Assembly (NCBI RefSeq): GCF_009914755.1
Contig: NC_060941.1
Strand: one strand, 5' to 3'
DNA length: 64,000 nucleotides
Origin: the human T2T-CHM13v2.0 reference genome, Homo sapiens
The translations under genes were made by a program, and so were the position numbers. The first letter of the stretch is position 1; every line of letters begins with the position of its first letter. The notes under the pieces are model-generated. The model saw only the letters and a program-made list of their open reading frames with translations, had not been told where the DNA came from and ran no database searches. Of this stretch, positions 24,801 to 39,800 are shown piece by piece.

Positions 24801-27800
24801 TGAAGGTTCCTTTACAAACAGCAGTTTCCAAACACTCTTTCTGTGGAATCTGCAAGTGGATATTTGGACCTCTTTGAAGATTTCGTTGGAAACGGGAGAA
24901 TCTTCACAGAAAAGCTAAACAGAAGCATTCTCAGAAACTTCTTTGTGATGCTTGCATTCAACTCACAGAGTTGAAATTTCCTTTCGAGAGAGAAGCTTTG
25001 AAACACTCTTTTTCCAGAATCTGCAAGTGGACATTTGGAGGGCTTTGAGGCCTGTGGTGGAAAAGGAATTAACTTCCCGTAAAAGCTAGATAGAAGCATT
25101 CTCAGAAACTACTTTGTGACGATTGCATTCAAGTCACAGAGTTGAACATTCCCTTTCACAGAGCAGTTTGGAAACTCTCTTTGTGTAGAATCTGCAAGTG
25201 GAGATATGGACCGCTTTGAGACCTATGGTAGTAAAGGTAATAGCTTCATATGAAAGCTAGACAGTAGCATTCACAGAAAACTCTTGGTGACGACTGAGTT
25301 TAACTCACAGAGCTGAACATTCCTTTGGATGGAGCAGTTTTGAAACACACTATTTGTAGAATGTGCAAGTGGATATTTGGGCCTCTCTGAGGATTTCGTT
25401 GGAAACGGGATAAACCGCACAGAACTAAACAGAAGCATTCTCAGAACCTTCTTCGTGATGTTTGCATTCAACTCACAGTGTTGAACCTTTCTTTGATAGT
25501 TCAGGTTTGAAACGGTCTTTCTGTAGAAACTGCAAGTAGATCTTTGGACCTCTCTGAGGATTTCGTTGGAAACGGGATAAACCGCACAGAACTAAAACAG
25601 AAGCATTCTCAGAACCCTCTTCGTGATGTTTGCATTCAACTCACAGTGCTGAACCTTTCTTTGATAGTTCAGCTTTGAAACACTCTTCTTGTAGAAACTG
25701 CAAGTGGATATTTGGTCCTCTCTGAGGATTTCGTTGGAAACGGGATAAACCGCACAGAACTAAACAGAAGCATTCTCAGAACCTTCTTCGTGATGTCTGC
25801 ATTCAACTCACAGTGTGGAACCTTTCTTTGATAGTTCAGGTTTGAAACACTCTTTTTGTAGAAACTGCAAGGGGATAATTGCACTTCTTTGAGGCCTACC
25901 GTAGTAAAGGAAATAACTTCCTATAGAAAGAAGACAGAAGCTTTCTCAGAAAATCCTTTGGGATGATTGAGTGGAACTCACAGAGCTGAACATTCCTTGC
26001 GATGTAGCAGTTTAGAAGCACACTTTCTGCAGAATCTGCAAGTGCATATGTGGACCTCTCTGAGGAATTCGTTGGAAACGGGATAATTTCAGCTGACTAA
26101 ACAGAAGCAGTCTCAGAATCTTCTTTGTGATGTTTGCATTCAAATCCCAGAGTTGAACTTCCCTTTCAAAGTTCACGTTTGAAACACTCTTTTTGCAGGA
26201 TCTACAAGTGGATATTTGGACCACTCTGTGTCCTTCGTTCGAAACGGGTATATCTTCACATGACATCTAGACAGAAGCATTCTCAGAAGCTTCTCTGTGA
26301 TGACTGCATTCAACTCACGGAGTTGAACACTCCTTTTGAGAGCGCAGTTTTGAAACTCTCTTTCTGTGGCATCTGCAAGGGGACATGTAGACCTCTTTGA
26401 AGATTTCGTTGGAAACGGAATCATCTTCACATAAAAAGTATACAGATGCATTCTCAGGAACTTTTTGGTGATGTTTGTATTCAACTCCCAGAGTTGAACT
26501 TTCCTTTGGAAAGAGCAGCTATGAAACACTCTTTTTCTAGAATCTGCAAGTGGACGTTTGGAGGGCTTTGTGGTTTGTGGTGGAAAAGGAAATATCTTCA
26601 CCTAAATACTAGATAGAAGCATTCTCAGAAACTGCTTTGTGATGATTGCATTCACCTCACAGAGTTGAACATTCCTATTGATAGAGCAGTTTGGAAACAC
26701 TCTTGTTGTGGAATGTGCAAGTGGAGATTTGGAGCGCTTTGAGGCCTATGGTAGTAAAGGGAATAGCTTCATAGAAAAACTAGACAGAAGCATTCTCAGA
26801 AAATACTTTGTGATGATTGAGTTTAACTCACAGAGCTGAACATTCCTTTGGATGGAGCAGGTTTGAGACACACTTTTTGTAGAATCTACAAGTGGATATT
26901 TGGACCTCTCTGAGGATTTCGTTGGAAACGCGATAACTGCACCTAACTAAACGGAAGCATTCTCAGAAACTTCTTGGTGATGTTTGCATTCAAATCCCAG
27001 AGTTGAACCTTCCTGTGATAGTTCAGGTTTGAAACACTCTTTTTGTAGGATCTGCAAGTGGATATTTGGACCACTCTGTGGCCTTCGTCCGAAACGGGTA
27101 CATCTTCACATAAAATCTAGACAGAAGCCTTCTCAGAAACTTCTCTGTGATGATTGCATTCAACTCACAGATTTGAACCCTCCTATGGATAGAGCATTCT
27201 TGAAACTCTCTTTTTGTGGAATCTGCAAGTGGATATGTGGACCTCTCCGAAGATGTCTTTGGAAACGGGAATATCTTCACATAAAAACTAAACAGAAGCA
27301 TTCTCAGAAACTTCTCTGTGATGTTTGTGTTCAACTCCCAGAGTTTCACATTGCTTTTCATAGAGTAGTTCTGAAACATGCTTTTCGTAGTGTCTGCAAG
27401 TGGACATTTGGAGCGCTTTCAGGCCTGTGGTGGAAAACGAATTATGGTCCCATAAAAACTGGAGAGAAGCATTGTCAGAAACTTCTTTGTGATGATTGCA
27501 TTCAACTCACAGAGATGAAGGTTCCTTTACAAACAGCAGTTTCCAAACACTCTTTCTGTGGAATCTGCAAGTGGATATTTGGACCTCTTTGAAGATTTCG
27601 TTGTAAACGGGAGAATCTTCACAGAAAAGCTAAACAGAAGCATTCTCAGAAACTTCTTTGTGATGCTTGCATTCAACTCACAGAGTTGAACTTTCCTTTC
27701 GAGAGAGAAGCTTTGAAACACTCTTTTTCCAGAATCTGCAAGTGGACATTTGGAGGGCTTTGAGGCCTGTGGTGGAAAAGGAATTAACTTCCCGTAAAAG

Positions 27801-30800
27801 CTAGATAGAAGCATTCTCAGAAACTACTTTGTGATGATTGCATTCAAGTCACAGAGTTGAACATTCCCTTTGACAGAGCAGTTTGGAAACTCTCTTTGTG
27901 TAGAATCTGCAAGTGGAGATATGGACCGCTTTGAGGCCTATGGTAGTAAAGGAAATAGCTTCATATAAAAGCTAGACAGTAGCATTCACAGAAAACTCTT
28001 GGTGACGACTGAGTTTAACTCACAGAGCTGAACATTCCTTTGGATGGAGCAGTTTCGAAACACACTATTTGTAGAATGTGCAAGTGGATATTTGGGCCTC
28101 TCTGAGGATTTCGTTGGAAACGGGATAAACCGCACAGAACTAAACAGAAGCATTCTCAGAACCTTCTTCGTGATGTTTGCATTCAACTCACAGTGTTGAA
28201 CCTTTCTTTGATAGTTCAGGTTTGAAACGGTCTTTCTGTAGAAACTGCAAGTAGATATTTGGACCTCTCTGAGGATTTCGTTGGAAACGGGATAAACCGC
28301 ACAGAACTAAAACAGAAGCATTCTCAGAACCCTCTTCGTGATGTTTGCATTCAACTCACAGTGCTGAACCTTTCTTTGATAGTTCAGCTTTGAAACACTC
28401 TTCTTGTAGAAACTGCAAGTGGATATTTGGTCCTCTCTGAGGATTTCGTTGGAAACGGGATAAACCGCACAGAACTAAACAGAAGCATTCTCAGAACCTT
28501 CTTCGTGATGTCTGCATTCAACTCACAGTGTGGAACCTTTCTTTGATAGTTCAGGTTTGAAACACTCTTTTTGTAGATACTGCAAGGGGATAATTGCACT
28601 TCTTTGAGGCCTACCGTAGTAAAGGATATAACTTCCTATAGAAAGAAGACAGAAGCTTTCTCAGAAAATTCTTTGGGATGATTGAGTGGAACTCACAGAG
28701 CTGAACATTCCTTGCGATGTAGCAGTTTAGAAACACACTTTCTGCAGAATCTGCAAGTGCATATTTGGACCTCTCTGAGGAATTCGTTGGAAACGGGATA
28801 ATTTCAGCTGACTAAACAGAAGCAGTCTCTGAATCTTCTTTGTGATGTTTGCATTCAAATCCCAGAGTTGAACTTTCCTTTCAAAGTTCACGTTTGAAAC
28901 ACTCTTTTTGCAGGATCTACAAGTGGATATTTGGACCACTCTGTGTCCTTCGTTCGAAACGGGTATATCTTCACATGACATCTAGACAGAAGCATTCTCA
29001 GAAGCTTCTCTGTGATGACTGCATTCAACTCACGGAGTTGAACACTCCTTTTGAGAGCGCAGTTTTGAAACTCTCTTTCTGTGGCATCTGCAAGGGGACA
29101 TGTAGACCTCTTTGAAGATTTCGTTGGAAACGGAATCATCTTCACATAAAAACTATACAGATGCATTCTCAGGAACTTTTTGGTGATGTTTGTATTCAAC
29201 TCCCAGAGTTGAACTTTCCTTTGGAAAGAGCAGCTATGAAACACTCTTTTTCTAGAATCTGCAAGTGGACGTTTGGAGGGCTTTGTGGTTTGTGGTGGAA
29301 AAGGAAATATCCTCACCTAAATACTAGATAGAAGCATTCTCAGAAACTGCTTTGTGATGATTGCATTCACCTCACAGAGTTGAACATTCCTATTGATAGA
29401 GCAGTTTGGAAACACTCTTGTTGTGGAATGTGCAAGTGGAGATTTGGAGCGCTTTGAGGCCTATGGTAGTAAAGGGAATAGCTTCATAGAAAAACTAGAC
29501 AGAAGCATTCTCAGAAAATACTTTGTGATGATTGAGTTTAACTCACGGAGCTGAACATTCCTTTGGATGGAGCAGGTTTGAGACACACTTTTTGTAGAAT
29601 CTACAAGTGGATATTGGGACCTCTCTGAGGATTTCGTTGGAAACGCGATAACTGCACCTAACTAAACGGAAGCATTCTCAGAAACTTCTTGGTGATGTTT
29701 GCATTCAAATCCCAGAGTTGAACCTTCCTGTGATAGTTCAGGTTTGAAACACTCTTTTTGTAGGATCTGCAAGTGGATATTTGGACCACTCTGTGGCCTT
29801 CGTTCGAAACGGGTACATCTTCACATAAAATCTAGACAGAAGCCTTCTCAGAAACTTCTCTGTGATGATTGCATTCAACTCACAGATTTGAACCCTCCTA
29901 TGGATAGAGCATTGTTGAAACTCTCTTTTTGTGGAATCTGCAAGTGGATATGTGGACCTCTCCGAAGATGTCTTTGGAAACGGGAATATCTTCACATAAA
30001 AACTAAACAGAAGCATTCTCAGAAACTTCTCTGTGATGTTTGTGTTCAACTCCCAGAGTTTCACATTGCTTTTCATAGAGTAGTTCTGAAACATGCTTTT
30101 CGTAGTGTCTGCAAGTGGACATTTGGAGCGCTTTCAGGCCTGTGGTGGAAAACGAATTATGGTCCCATAAAAACTGGAGAGAAGCATTGTCAGAAACTTC
30201 TTTGTGATGATTGCATTCAACTCACAGAGATGAAGGTTCCTTTACAAACAGCAGTTTCCAAACACTCTTTCTGTGGAATCTGCAAGTGGATATTTGGACC
30301 TCTTTGAAGATTTCGTTGGAAACGGGAGAATCTTCACAGAAAAGCTAAACAGAAGCATTCTCAGAAACTTCTTTGTGATGCTTGCATTCAACTCACAGAG
30401 TTGAACTTTCCTTTCGAGAGAGAAGCTTTGAAACACTCTTTTTCCAGAATCTGCAAGTGGACATTTGGAGGGCTTTGAGGCCTGTGGTGGAAAAGGAATT
30501 AACTTCCCGTAAAAGCTAGATAGAAGCATTCTCAGAAACTACTTTGTGACGATTGCATTCAAGTCACAGAGTTGAACATTCCCTTTGACAGAGCAGTTTG
30601 GAAACTCTCTTTGTGTAGAATCTGCAAGTGGAGATATGGACCGCTTTGAGGCCTATGGTAGTAAAGGAAATAGCTTCATATAAAAGCTAGACAGTAGCAT
30701 TCACAGAAAACTCTTGGTGACGACTGAGTTTAACTCACAGAGCTGAACATTCCTTTGGATGGAGCAGTTTCGAAACACACTATTTGTAGAATGTGCAAGT

Positions 30801-33800
30801 GGATATTTGGGCCTCTCTGAGGATTTCGTTGGAAACGGGATAAACCGCACAGAACTAAACAGAAGCATTCTCAGAACCTTCTTCGTGATGTTTGCATTCA
30901 ACTCACAGTGTTGAACCTTTCTTTGATAGTTCAGGTTTGAAACGGTCTTTCTGTAGAAACTGCAAGTAGATATTTGGACCTCTCTGAGGATTTCGTTGGA
31001 AACGGGATAAACCGCACAGAACTAAAACAGAAGCATTCTCAGAACCCTCTTCGTGATGTTTGCATTCAACTCACAGTGCTGAACCTTTCTTTGATAGTTC
31101 AGCTTTGAAACACTCTTCTTGTAGAAACTGCAAGTGGATATTTGGTCCTCTCTGAGGATTTCGTTGGAAACGGGATAAACCGCACAGAACTAAACAGAAG
31201 CATTCTCAGAACCTTCTTCGTGATGTCTGCATTCAACTCACAGTGTGGAACCTTTCTTTGATAGTTCAGGTTTGAAACACTCTTTTTGTAGAAACTGCAA
31301 GGGGATAATTGCACTTCTTTGAGGCCTACCGTAGTAAAGGAAATAACTTCCTATAGAAAGAAGACAGAAGCTTTCTCAGAAAATTCTTTGGGATGATTGA
31401 GTGGAACTCACAGAGCTGAACATTCCTTGCGATGTAGCAGTTTAGAAACACACTTTCTGCAGAATCTGCAAGTGCATATTTGGACCTCTCTGAGGAATTC
31501 GTTGGAAACGGGATAATTTCAGCTGACTAAACAGAAGCAGTCTCAGAATCTTCTTTGTGATGTTTGCATTCAAATCCCAGAGTTGAACTTCCCTTTCAAA
31601 GTTCACGTTTGAAACACTCTTTTTGCAGGATCTACAAGTGGATATTTGGACCACTCTGTGTCCTTCGTTCGAAACGGGTATATCTTCACATGACATCTAG
31701 ACAGAAGCATTCTCAGAAGCTTCTCTGTGATGACTGCATTCAACTCACGGAGTTGAACACTCCTTTTGAGAGCGCAGTTTTGAAACTCTCTTTCTGTGGC
31801 ATCTGCAAGGGGACATGTAGACCTCTTTGAAGATTTCGTTGGAAACGGAATCATCTTCACATAAAAACTATACAGATGCATTCTCAGGAACTTTTTGGTG
31901 ATGTTTGTATTCAACTCCCACAGTTGAACTTTCCTTTGGAAAGAGCAGCTATGAAACACTCTTTTTCTAGAATCTGCAAGTGGACGTTTGGAGGGCTTTG
32001 TGGTTTGTGGTGGAAAAGGAAATATCTTCACCTAAATACTAGATAGAAGCATTCTCAGAAACTGCTTTGTGATGATTGCATTCACCTCACAGAGTTGAAC
32101 ATTCCTATTGATAGAGCAGTTTGGAAACACTCTTGTTGTGGAATGTGCAAGTGGAGATTTGGAGCGCTTTGAGGCCTATGGTAGTAAAGGGAATAGCTTC
32201 ATAGAAAAACTAGACAGAAGCATTCTCAGAAAATACTTTGTGATGATTGAGTTTAACTCACAGAGCTGAACATTCCTTTGGATGGAGCAGGTTTGAGACA
32301 CACTTTTTGTAGAATCTACAAGTGGATATTTGGACCTCTCTGAGGATTTCGTTGGAAACGCGATAACTGCACCTAACTAAACGGAAGCATTCTCAGAAAC
32401 TTCTTGGTGATGTTTGCATTCAAATCCCAGAGTTGAACCTTCCTGTGATAGTTCAGGTTTGAAACACTCTTTTTGTAGGATCTGCAAGTGGATATTTGGA
32501 CCACTCTGTGGCCTTCGTTCGAAACGGGTACATCTTCACATAAAATCTAGACAGAAGCCTTCTCAGAAACTTCTCTGTGATGATTGCATTCAACTCACAG
32601 ATTTGAACCCTCCTATGGATAGAGCATTGTTGAAACTCTCTTTTTGTGGAATCTGCAAGTGGATATGTGGACCTCTCCGAAGATGTCTTTGGAAACGGGA
32701 ATATCTTCACATAAAAACTAAACAGAAGCATTCTCAGAAACTTCTCTGTGATGTTTGTGTTCAACTCCCAGAGTTTCACATTGCTTTTCATAGAGTAGTT
32801 CTGAAACATGCTTTTCGTAGTGTCTGCAAGTGGACATTTGGAGCGCTTTCAGGCCTGTGGTGGAAAACGAATTATGGTCCCATAAAAACTGGAGAGAAGC
32901 ATTGTCAGAAACTTCTTTGTGATGATTGCATTCAACTCACAGAGATGAAGGTTCCTTTACAAACAGCAGTTTCCAAACACTCTTTCTGTGGAATCTGCAA
33001 GTGGATATTTGGACCTCTTTGAAGATTTCGTTGGAAACGGGAGAATCTTCACAGAAAAGCTAAACAGAAGCATTCTCAGAAACTTCTTTGTGATGCTTGC
33101 ATTCAACTCACAGAGTTGAACTTTCCTTTCGAGAGAGAAGCTTTGAAACACTCTTTTTCCAGAATCTGCAAGTGGACATTTGGAGGGCTTTGAGGCCTGT
33201 GGTGGAAAAGGAATTAACTTCCCGTAAAAGCTAGATAGAAGCATTCTCAGAAACTACTTTGTGACGATTGCATTCAAGTCACAGAGTTGAACATTCCCTT
33301 TCACAGAGCAGTTTGGAAACTCTCTTTGTGTAGAATCTGCAAGTGGAGATATGGACCGCTTTGAGACCTATGGTAGTAAAGGTAATAGCTTCATATGAAA
33401 GCTAGACAGTAGCATTCACAGAAAACTCTTGGTGACGACTGAGTTTAACTCACAGAGCTGAACATTCCTTTGGATGGAGCAGTTTTGAAACACACTATTT
33501 GTAGAATGTGCAAGTGGATATTTGGGCCTCTCTGAGGATTTCGTTGGAAACGGGATAAACCGCACAGAACTAAACAGAAGCATTCTCAGAACCTTCTTCG
33601 TGATGTTTGCATTCAACTCACAGTGTTGAACCTTTCTTTGATAGTTCAGGTTTGAAACGGTCTTTCTGTAGAAACTGCAAGTAGATCTTTGGACCTCTCT
33701 GAGGATTTCGTTGGAAACGGGATAAACCGCACAGAACTAAAACAGAAGCATTCTCAGAACCCTCTTCGTGATGTTTGCATTCAACTCACAGTGCTGAACC

Positions 33801-36800
33801 TTTCTTTGATAGTTCAGCTTTGAAACACTCTTCTTGTAGAAACTGCAAGTGGATATTTGGTCCTCTCTGAGGATTTCGTTGGAAACGGGATAAACCGCAC
33901 AGAACTAAACAGAAGCATTCTCAGAACCTTCTTCGTGATGTCTGCATTCAACTCACAGTGTGGAACCTTTCTTTGATAGTTCAGGTTTGAAACACTCTTT
34001 TTGTAGAAACTGCAAGGGGATAATTGCACTTCTTTGAGGCCTACCGTAGTAAAGGAAATAACTTCCTATAGAAAGAAGACAGAAGCTTTCTCAGAAAATC
34101 CTTTGGGATGATTGAGTGGAACTCACAGAGCTGAACATTCCTTGTGATGTAGCAGTTTAGAAACACACTTTCTGCAGAATCTGCAAGTGCATATGTGGAC
34201 CTCTCTGAGGAATTCGTTGGAAACGGGATAATTTCAGCTGACTAAACAGAAGCAGTCTCAGAATCTTCTTTGTGATGTTTGCATTCAAATCCCAGAGTTG
34301 AACTTCCCTTTCAAAGTTCACGTTTGAAACACTCTTTTTGCAGGATCTACAAGTGGATATTTGGACCACTCTGTGTCCTTCGTTCGAAACGGGTATATCT
34401 TCACATGACATCTAGACAGAAGCATTCTCAGAAGCTTCTCTGTGATGACTGCATTCAACTCACGGAGTTGAACACTCCTTTTGAGAGCGCAGTTTTGAAA
34501 CTCTCTTTCTGTGGCATCTGCAAGGGGACATGTAGACCTCTTTGAAGATTTCGTTGGAAACGGAATCATCTTCACATAAAAAGTATACAGATGCATTCTC
34601 AGGAACTTTTTGGTGATGTTTGTATTCAACTCCCAGAGTTGAACTTTCCTTTGGAAAGAGCAGCTATGAAACACTCTTTTTCTAGAATCAGCAAGTGGAC
34701 GTTTGGAGGGCTTTGTGGTTTGTGGTGGAAAAGGAAATATCTTCACCTAAATACTAGATAGAAGCATTCTCAGAAACTGCTTTGTGATGATTGCATTCAC
34801 CTCACAGAGTTGAACATTCCTATTGATAGAGCAGTTTGGAAACACTCTTGTTGTGGAATGTGCAAGTGGAGATTTGGAGCGCTTTGAGGCCTATGGTAGT
34901 AAAGGGAATAGCTTCATAGAAAAACTAGACAGAAGCATTCTCAGAAAATACTTTGTGATGATTGAGTTTAACTCACAGAGCTGAACATTCCTTTGGATGG
35001 AGCAGGTTTGAGACACACTTTTTGTAGAATCTACAAGTGGATATTTGGACCTCTCTGAGGATTTCGTTGGAAACGCGATAACTGCACCTAACTAAACGGA
35101 AGCATTCTCAGAAACTTCTTGGTGATGTTTGCATTCAAATCCCAGAGTTGAACCTTCCTGTGATAGTTCAGGTTTGAAACACTCTTTTTGTAGGATCTGC
35201 AAGTGGATATTTGGACCACTCTGTGGCCTTCGTCCGAAACGGGTACATCTTCACATAAAATCTAGACAGAAGCCTTCTCAGAAACTTCTCTGTGATGATT
35301 GCATTCAACTCACAGATTTGAACCCTCCTATGGATAGAGCATTCTTGAAACTCTCTTTTTGTGGAATCTGCAAGTGGATATGTGGACCTCTCCGAAGATG
35401 TCTTTGGAAACGGGAATATCTTCACATAAAAACTAAACAGAAGCATTCTCAGAAACTTCTCTGTGATGTTTGTGTTCAACTCCCAGAGTTTCACATTGCT
35501 TTTCATAGAGTAGTTCTGAAACATGCTTTTCGTAGTGTCTGCAAGTGGACATTTGGAGCGCTTTCAGGCCTGTGGTGGAAAACGAATTATGGTCCCATAA
35601 AAACTGGAGAGAAGCATTGTCAGAAACTTCTTTGTGATGATTGCATTCAACTCACAGAGATGAAGGTTCCTTTACAAACAGCAGTTTCCAAACACTCTTT
35701 CTGTGGAATCTGCAAGTGGATATTTGGACCTCTTTGAAGATTTCGTTGGAAACGGGAGAATCTTCACAGAAAAGCTAAACAGAAGCATTCTCAGAAACTT
35801 CTTTGTGATGCTTGCATTCAACTCACAGAGTTGAACTTTCCTTTCGAGAGAGAAGCTTTGAAACACTCTTTTTCCAGAATCTGCAAGTGGACATTTGGAG
35901 GGCTTTGAGGCCTGTGGTGGAAAAGGAATTAACTTCCCGTAAAAGCTAGATAGAAGCATTCTCAGAAACTACTTTGTGACGATTGCATTCAAGTCACAGA
36001 GTTGAACATTCCCTTTCACAGAGCAGTTTGGAAACTCTCTTTGTGTAGAATCTGCAAGTGGAGATATGGACCGCTTTGAGACCTATGGTAGTAAAGGTAA
36101 TAGCTTCATATGAAAGCTAGACAGTAGCATTCACAGAAAACTCTTGGTGACGACTGAGTTTAACTCACAGAGCTGAACATTCCTTTGGATGGAGCAGTTT
36201 TGAAACACACTATTTGTAGAATGTGCAAGTGGATATTTGGGCCTCTCTGAGGATTTCGTTGGAAACGGGATAAACCGCACAGAACTAAACAGAAGCATTC
36301 TCAGAACCTTCTTCGTGATGTTTGCATTCAACTCACAGTGTTGAACCTTTCTTTGATAGTTCAGGTTTGAAACGGTCTTTCTGTAGAAACTGCAAGTAGA
36401 TCTTTGGACCTCTCTGAGGATTTCGTTGGAAACGGGATAAACCGCACAGAACTAAAACAGAAGCATTCTCAGAACCCTCTTCGTGATGTTTGCATTCAAC
36501 TCACAGTGCTGAACCTTTCTTTGATAGTTCAGCTTTGAAACACTCTTCTTGTAGAAACTGCAAGTGGATATTTGGTCCTCTCTGAGGATTTCGTTGGAAA
36601 CGGGATAAACCGCACAGAACTAAACAGAAGCATTCTCAGAACCTTCTTCGTGATGTCTGCATTCAACTCACAGTGTGGAACCTTTCTTTGATAGTTCAGG
36701 TTTGAAACACTCTTTTTGTAGAAACTGCAAGGGGATAATTGCACTTCTTTGAGGCCTACCGTAGTAAAGGAAATAACTTCCTATAGAAAGAAGACAGAAG

Positions 36801-39800
36801 CTTTCTCAGAAAATCCTTTGGGATGATTGAGTGGAACTCACAGAGCTGAACATTCCTTGCGATGTAGCAGTTTAGAAACACACTTTCTGCAGAATCTGCA
36901 AGTGCATATGTGGACCTCTCTGAGGAATTCGTTGGAAACGGGATAATTTCAGCTGACTAAACAGAAGCAGTCTCAGAATCTTCTTTGTGATGTTTGCATT
37001 CAAATCCCAGAGTTGAACTTTCCTTTCAAAGTTCACGTTTGAAACACTCTTTTTGCAGGATCTACAAGTGGATATTTGGACCACTCTGTGTCCTTCGTTC
37101 GAAACGGGTATATCTTCACATGACATCTAGACAGAAGCATTCTCAGAAGCTTCTCTGTGATGACTGCATTCAACTCACGGAGTTGAACACTCCTTTTGAG
37201 AGCGCAGTTTTGAAACTCTCTTTCTGTGGCATCTGCAAGGGGACATGTAGACCTCTTTGAAGATTTCGTTGGAAACGGAATCATCTTCACATAAAAAGTA
37301 TACAGATGCATTCTCAGGAACTTTTTGGTGATGTTTGTATTCAACTCCCAGAGTTGAACTTTCCTTTGGAAAGAGCAGCTATGAAACACTCTTTTTCTAG
37401 AATCTGCAAGTGGACGTTTGGAGGGCTTTGTGGTTTGTGGTGGAAAAGGAAATATCTTCACCTAAATACTAGATAGAAGCATTCTCAGAAACTGCTTTGT
37501 GATGATTGCATTCACCTCACAGAGTTGAACATTCCTATTGATAGAGCAGTTTGGAAACACTCTTGTTGTGGAATGTGCAAGTGGAGATTTGGAGCGCTTT
37601 GAGGCCTATGGTAGTAAAGGGAATAGCTTCATAGAAAAACTAGACAGAAGCATTCTCAGAAAATACTTTGTGATGATTGAGTTTAACTCACAGAGCTGAA
37701 CATTCCTTTGGATGGAGCAGGTTTGAGACACACTTTTTGTAGAATCTACAAGTGGATATTTGGACCTCTCTGAGGATTTCGTTGGAAACGCGATAACTGC
37801 ACCTAACTAAACGGAAGCATTCTCAGAAACTTCTTGGTGATGTTTGCATTCAAATCCCAGAGTTGAACCTTCCTGTGATAGTTCAGGTTTGAAACACTCT
37901 TTTTGTAGGATCTGCAAGTGGATATTTGGACCACTCTGTGGCCTTCGTCCGAAACGGGTACATCTTCACATAAAATCTAGACAGAAGCCTTCTCAGAAAC
38001 TTCTCTGTGATGATTGCATTCAACTCACAGATTTGAACCCTCCTATGGATAGAGCATTCTTGAAACTCTCTTTTTGTGGAATCTGCAAGTGGATATGTGG
38101 ACCTCTCCGAAGATGTCTTTGGAAACGGGAATATCTTCACATAAAAACTAAACAGAAGCATTCTCAGAAACTTCTCTGTGATGTTTGTGTTCAACTCCCA
38201 GAGTTTCACATTGCTTTTCATAGAGTAGTTCTGAAACATGCTTTTCGTAGTGTCTGCAAGTGGACATTTGGAGCGCTTTCAGGCCTGTGGTGGAAAACGA
38301 ATTATGGTCCCATAAAAACTGGAGAGAAGCATTGTCAGAAACTTCTTTGTGATGATTGCATTCAACTCACAGAGATGAAGGTTCCTTTACAAACAGCAGT
38401 TTCCAAACACTCTTTCTGTGGAATCTGCAAGTGGATATTTGGACCTCTTTGAAGATTTCGTTGTAAACGGGAGAATCTTCACAGAAAAGCTAAACAGAAG
38501 CATTCTCAGAAACTTCTTTGTGATGCTTGCATTCAACTCACAGAGTTGAACTTTCCTTTCGAGAGAGAAGCTTTGAAACACTCTTTTTCCAGAATCTGCA
38601 AGTGGACATTTGGAGGGCTTTGAGGCCTGTGGTGGAAAAGGAATTAACTTCCCGTAAAAGCTAGATAGAAGCATTCTCAGAAACTACTTTGTGATGATTT
38701 CATTCAAGTCACAGAGTTGAACATTCCCTTTGACAGAGCAGTTTGGAAACTCTCTTTGTGTAGAATCTGCAAGTGGAGATATGGACCGCTTTGAGGCCTA
38801 TGGTAGTAAAGGAAATAGCTTCATATAAAAGCTAGACAGTAGCATTCACAGAAAACTCTTGGTGACGACTGAGTTTAACTCACAGAGCTGAACATTCCTT
38901 TGGATGGAGCAGTTTCGAAACACACTATTTGTAGAATGTGCAAGTGGATATTTGGGCCTCTCTGAGGATTTCGTTGGAAACGGGATAAACCGCACAGAAC
39001 TAAACAGAAGCATTCTCAGAACCTTCTTCGTGATGTTTGCATTCAACTCACAGTGTTGAACCTTTCTTTGATAGTTCAGGTTTGAAACGGTCTTTCTGTA
39101 GAAACTGCAAGTAGATATTTGGACCTCTCTGAGGATTTCGTTGGAAACGGGATAAACCGCACAGAACTAAAACAGAAGCATTCTCAGAACCCTCTTCGTG
39201 ATGTTTGCATTCAACTCACAGTGCTGAACCTTTCTTTGATAGTTCAGCTTTGAAACACTCTTCTTGTAGAAACTGCAAGTGGATATTTGGTCCTCTCTGA
39301 GGATTTCGTTGGAAACGGGATAAACCGCACAGAACTAAACAGAAGCATTCTCAGAACCTTCTTCGTGATGTCTGCATTCAACTCACAGTGTGGAACCTTT
39401 CTTTGATAGTTCAGGTTTGAAACACTCTTTTTGTAGATACTGCAAGGGGATAATTGCACTTCTTTGAGGCCTACCGTAGTAAAGGAAATAACTTCCTATA
39501 GAAAGAAGACAGAAGCTTTCTCAGAAAATTCTTTGGGATGATTGAGTGGAACTCACAGAGCTGAACATTCCTTGCGATGTAGCAGTTTAGAAACACACTT
39601 TCTGCAGAATCTGCAAGTGCATATTTGGACCTCTCTGAGGAATTCGTTGGAAACGGGATAATTTCAGCTGACTAAACAGAAGCAGTCTCTGAATCTTCTT
39701 TGTGATGTTTGCATTCAAATCCCAGAGTTGAACTTTCCTTTCAAAGTTCACGTTTGAAACACTCTTTTTGCAGGATCTACAAGTGGATATTTGGACCACT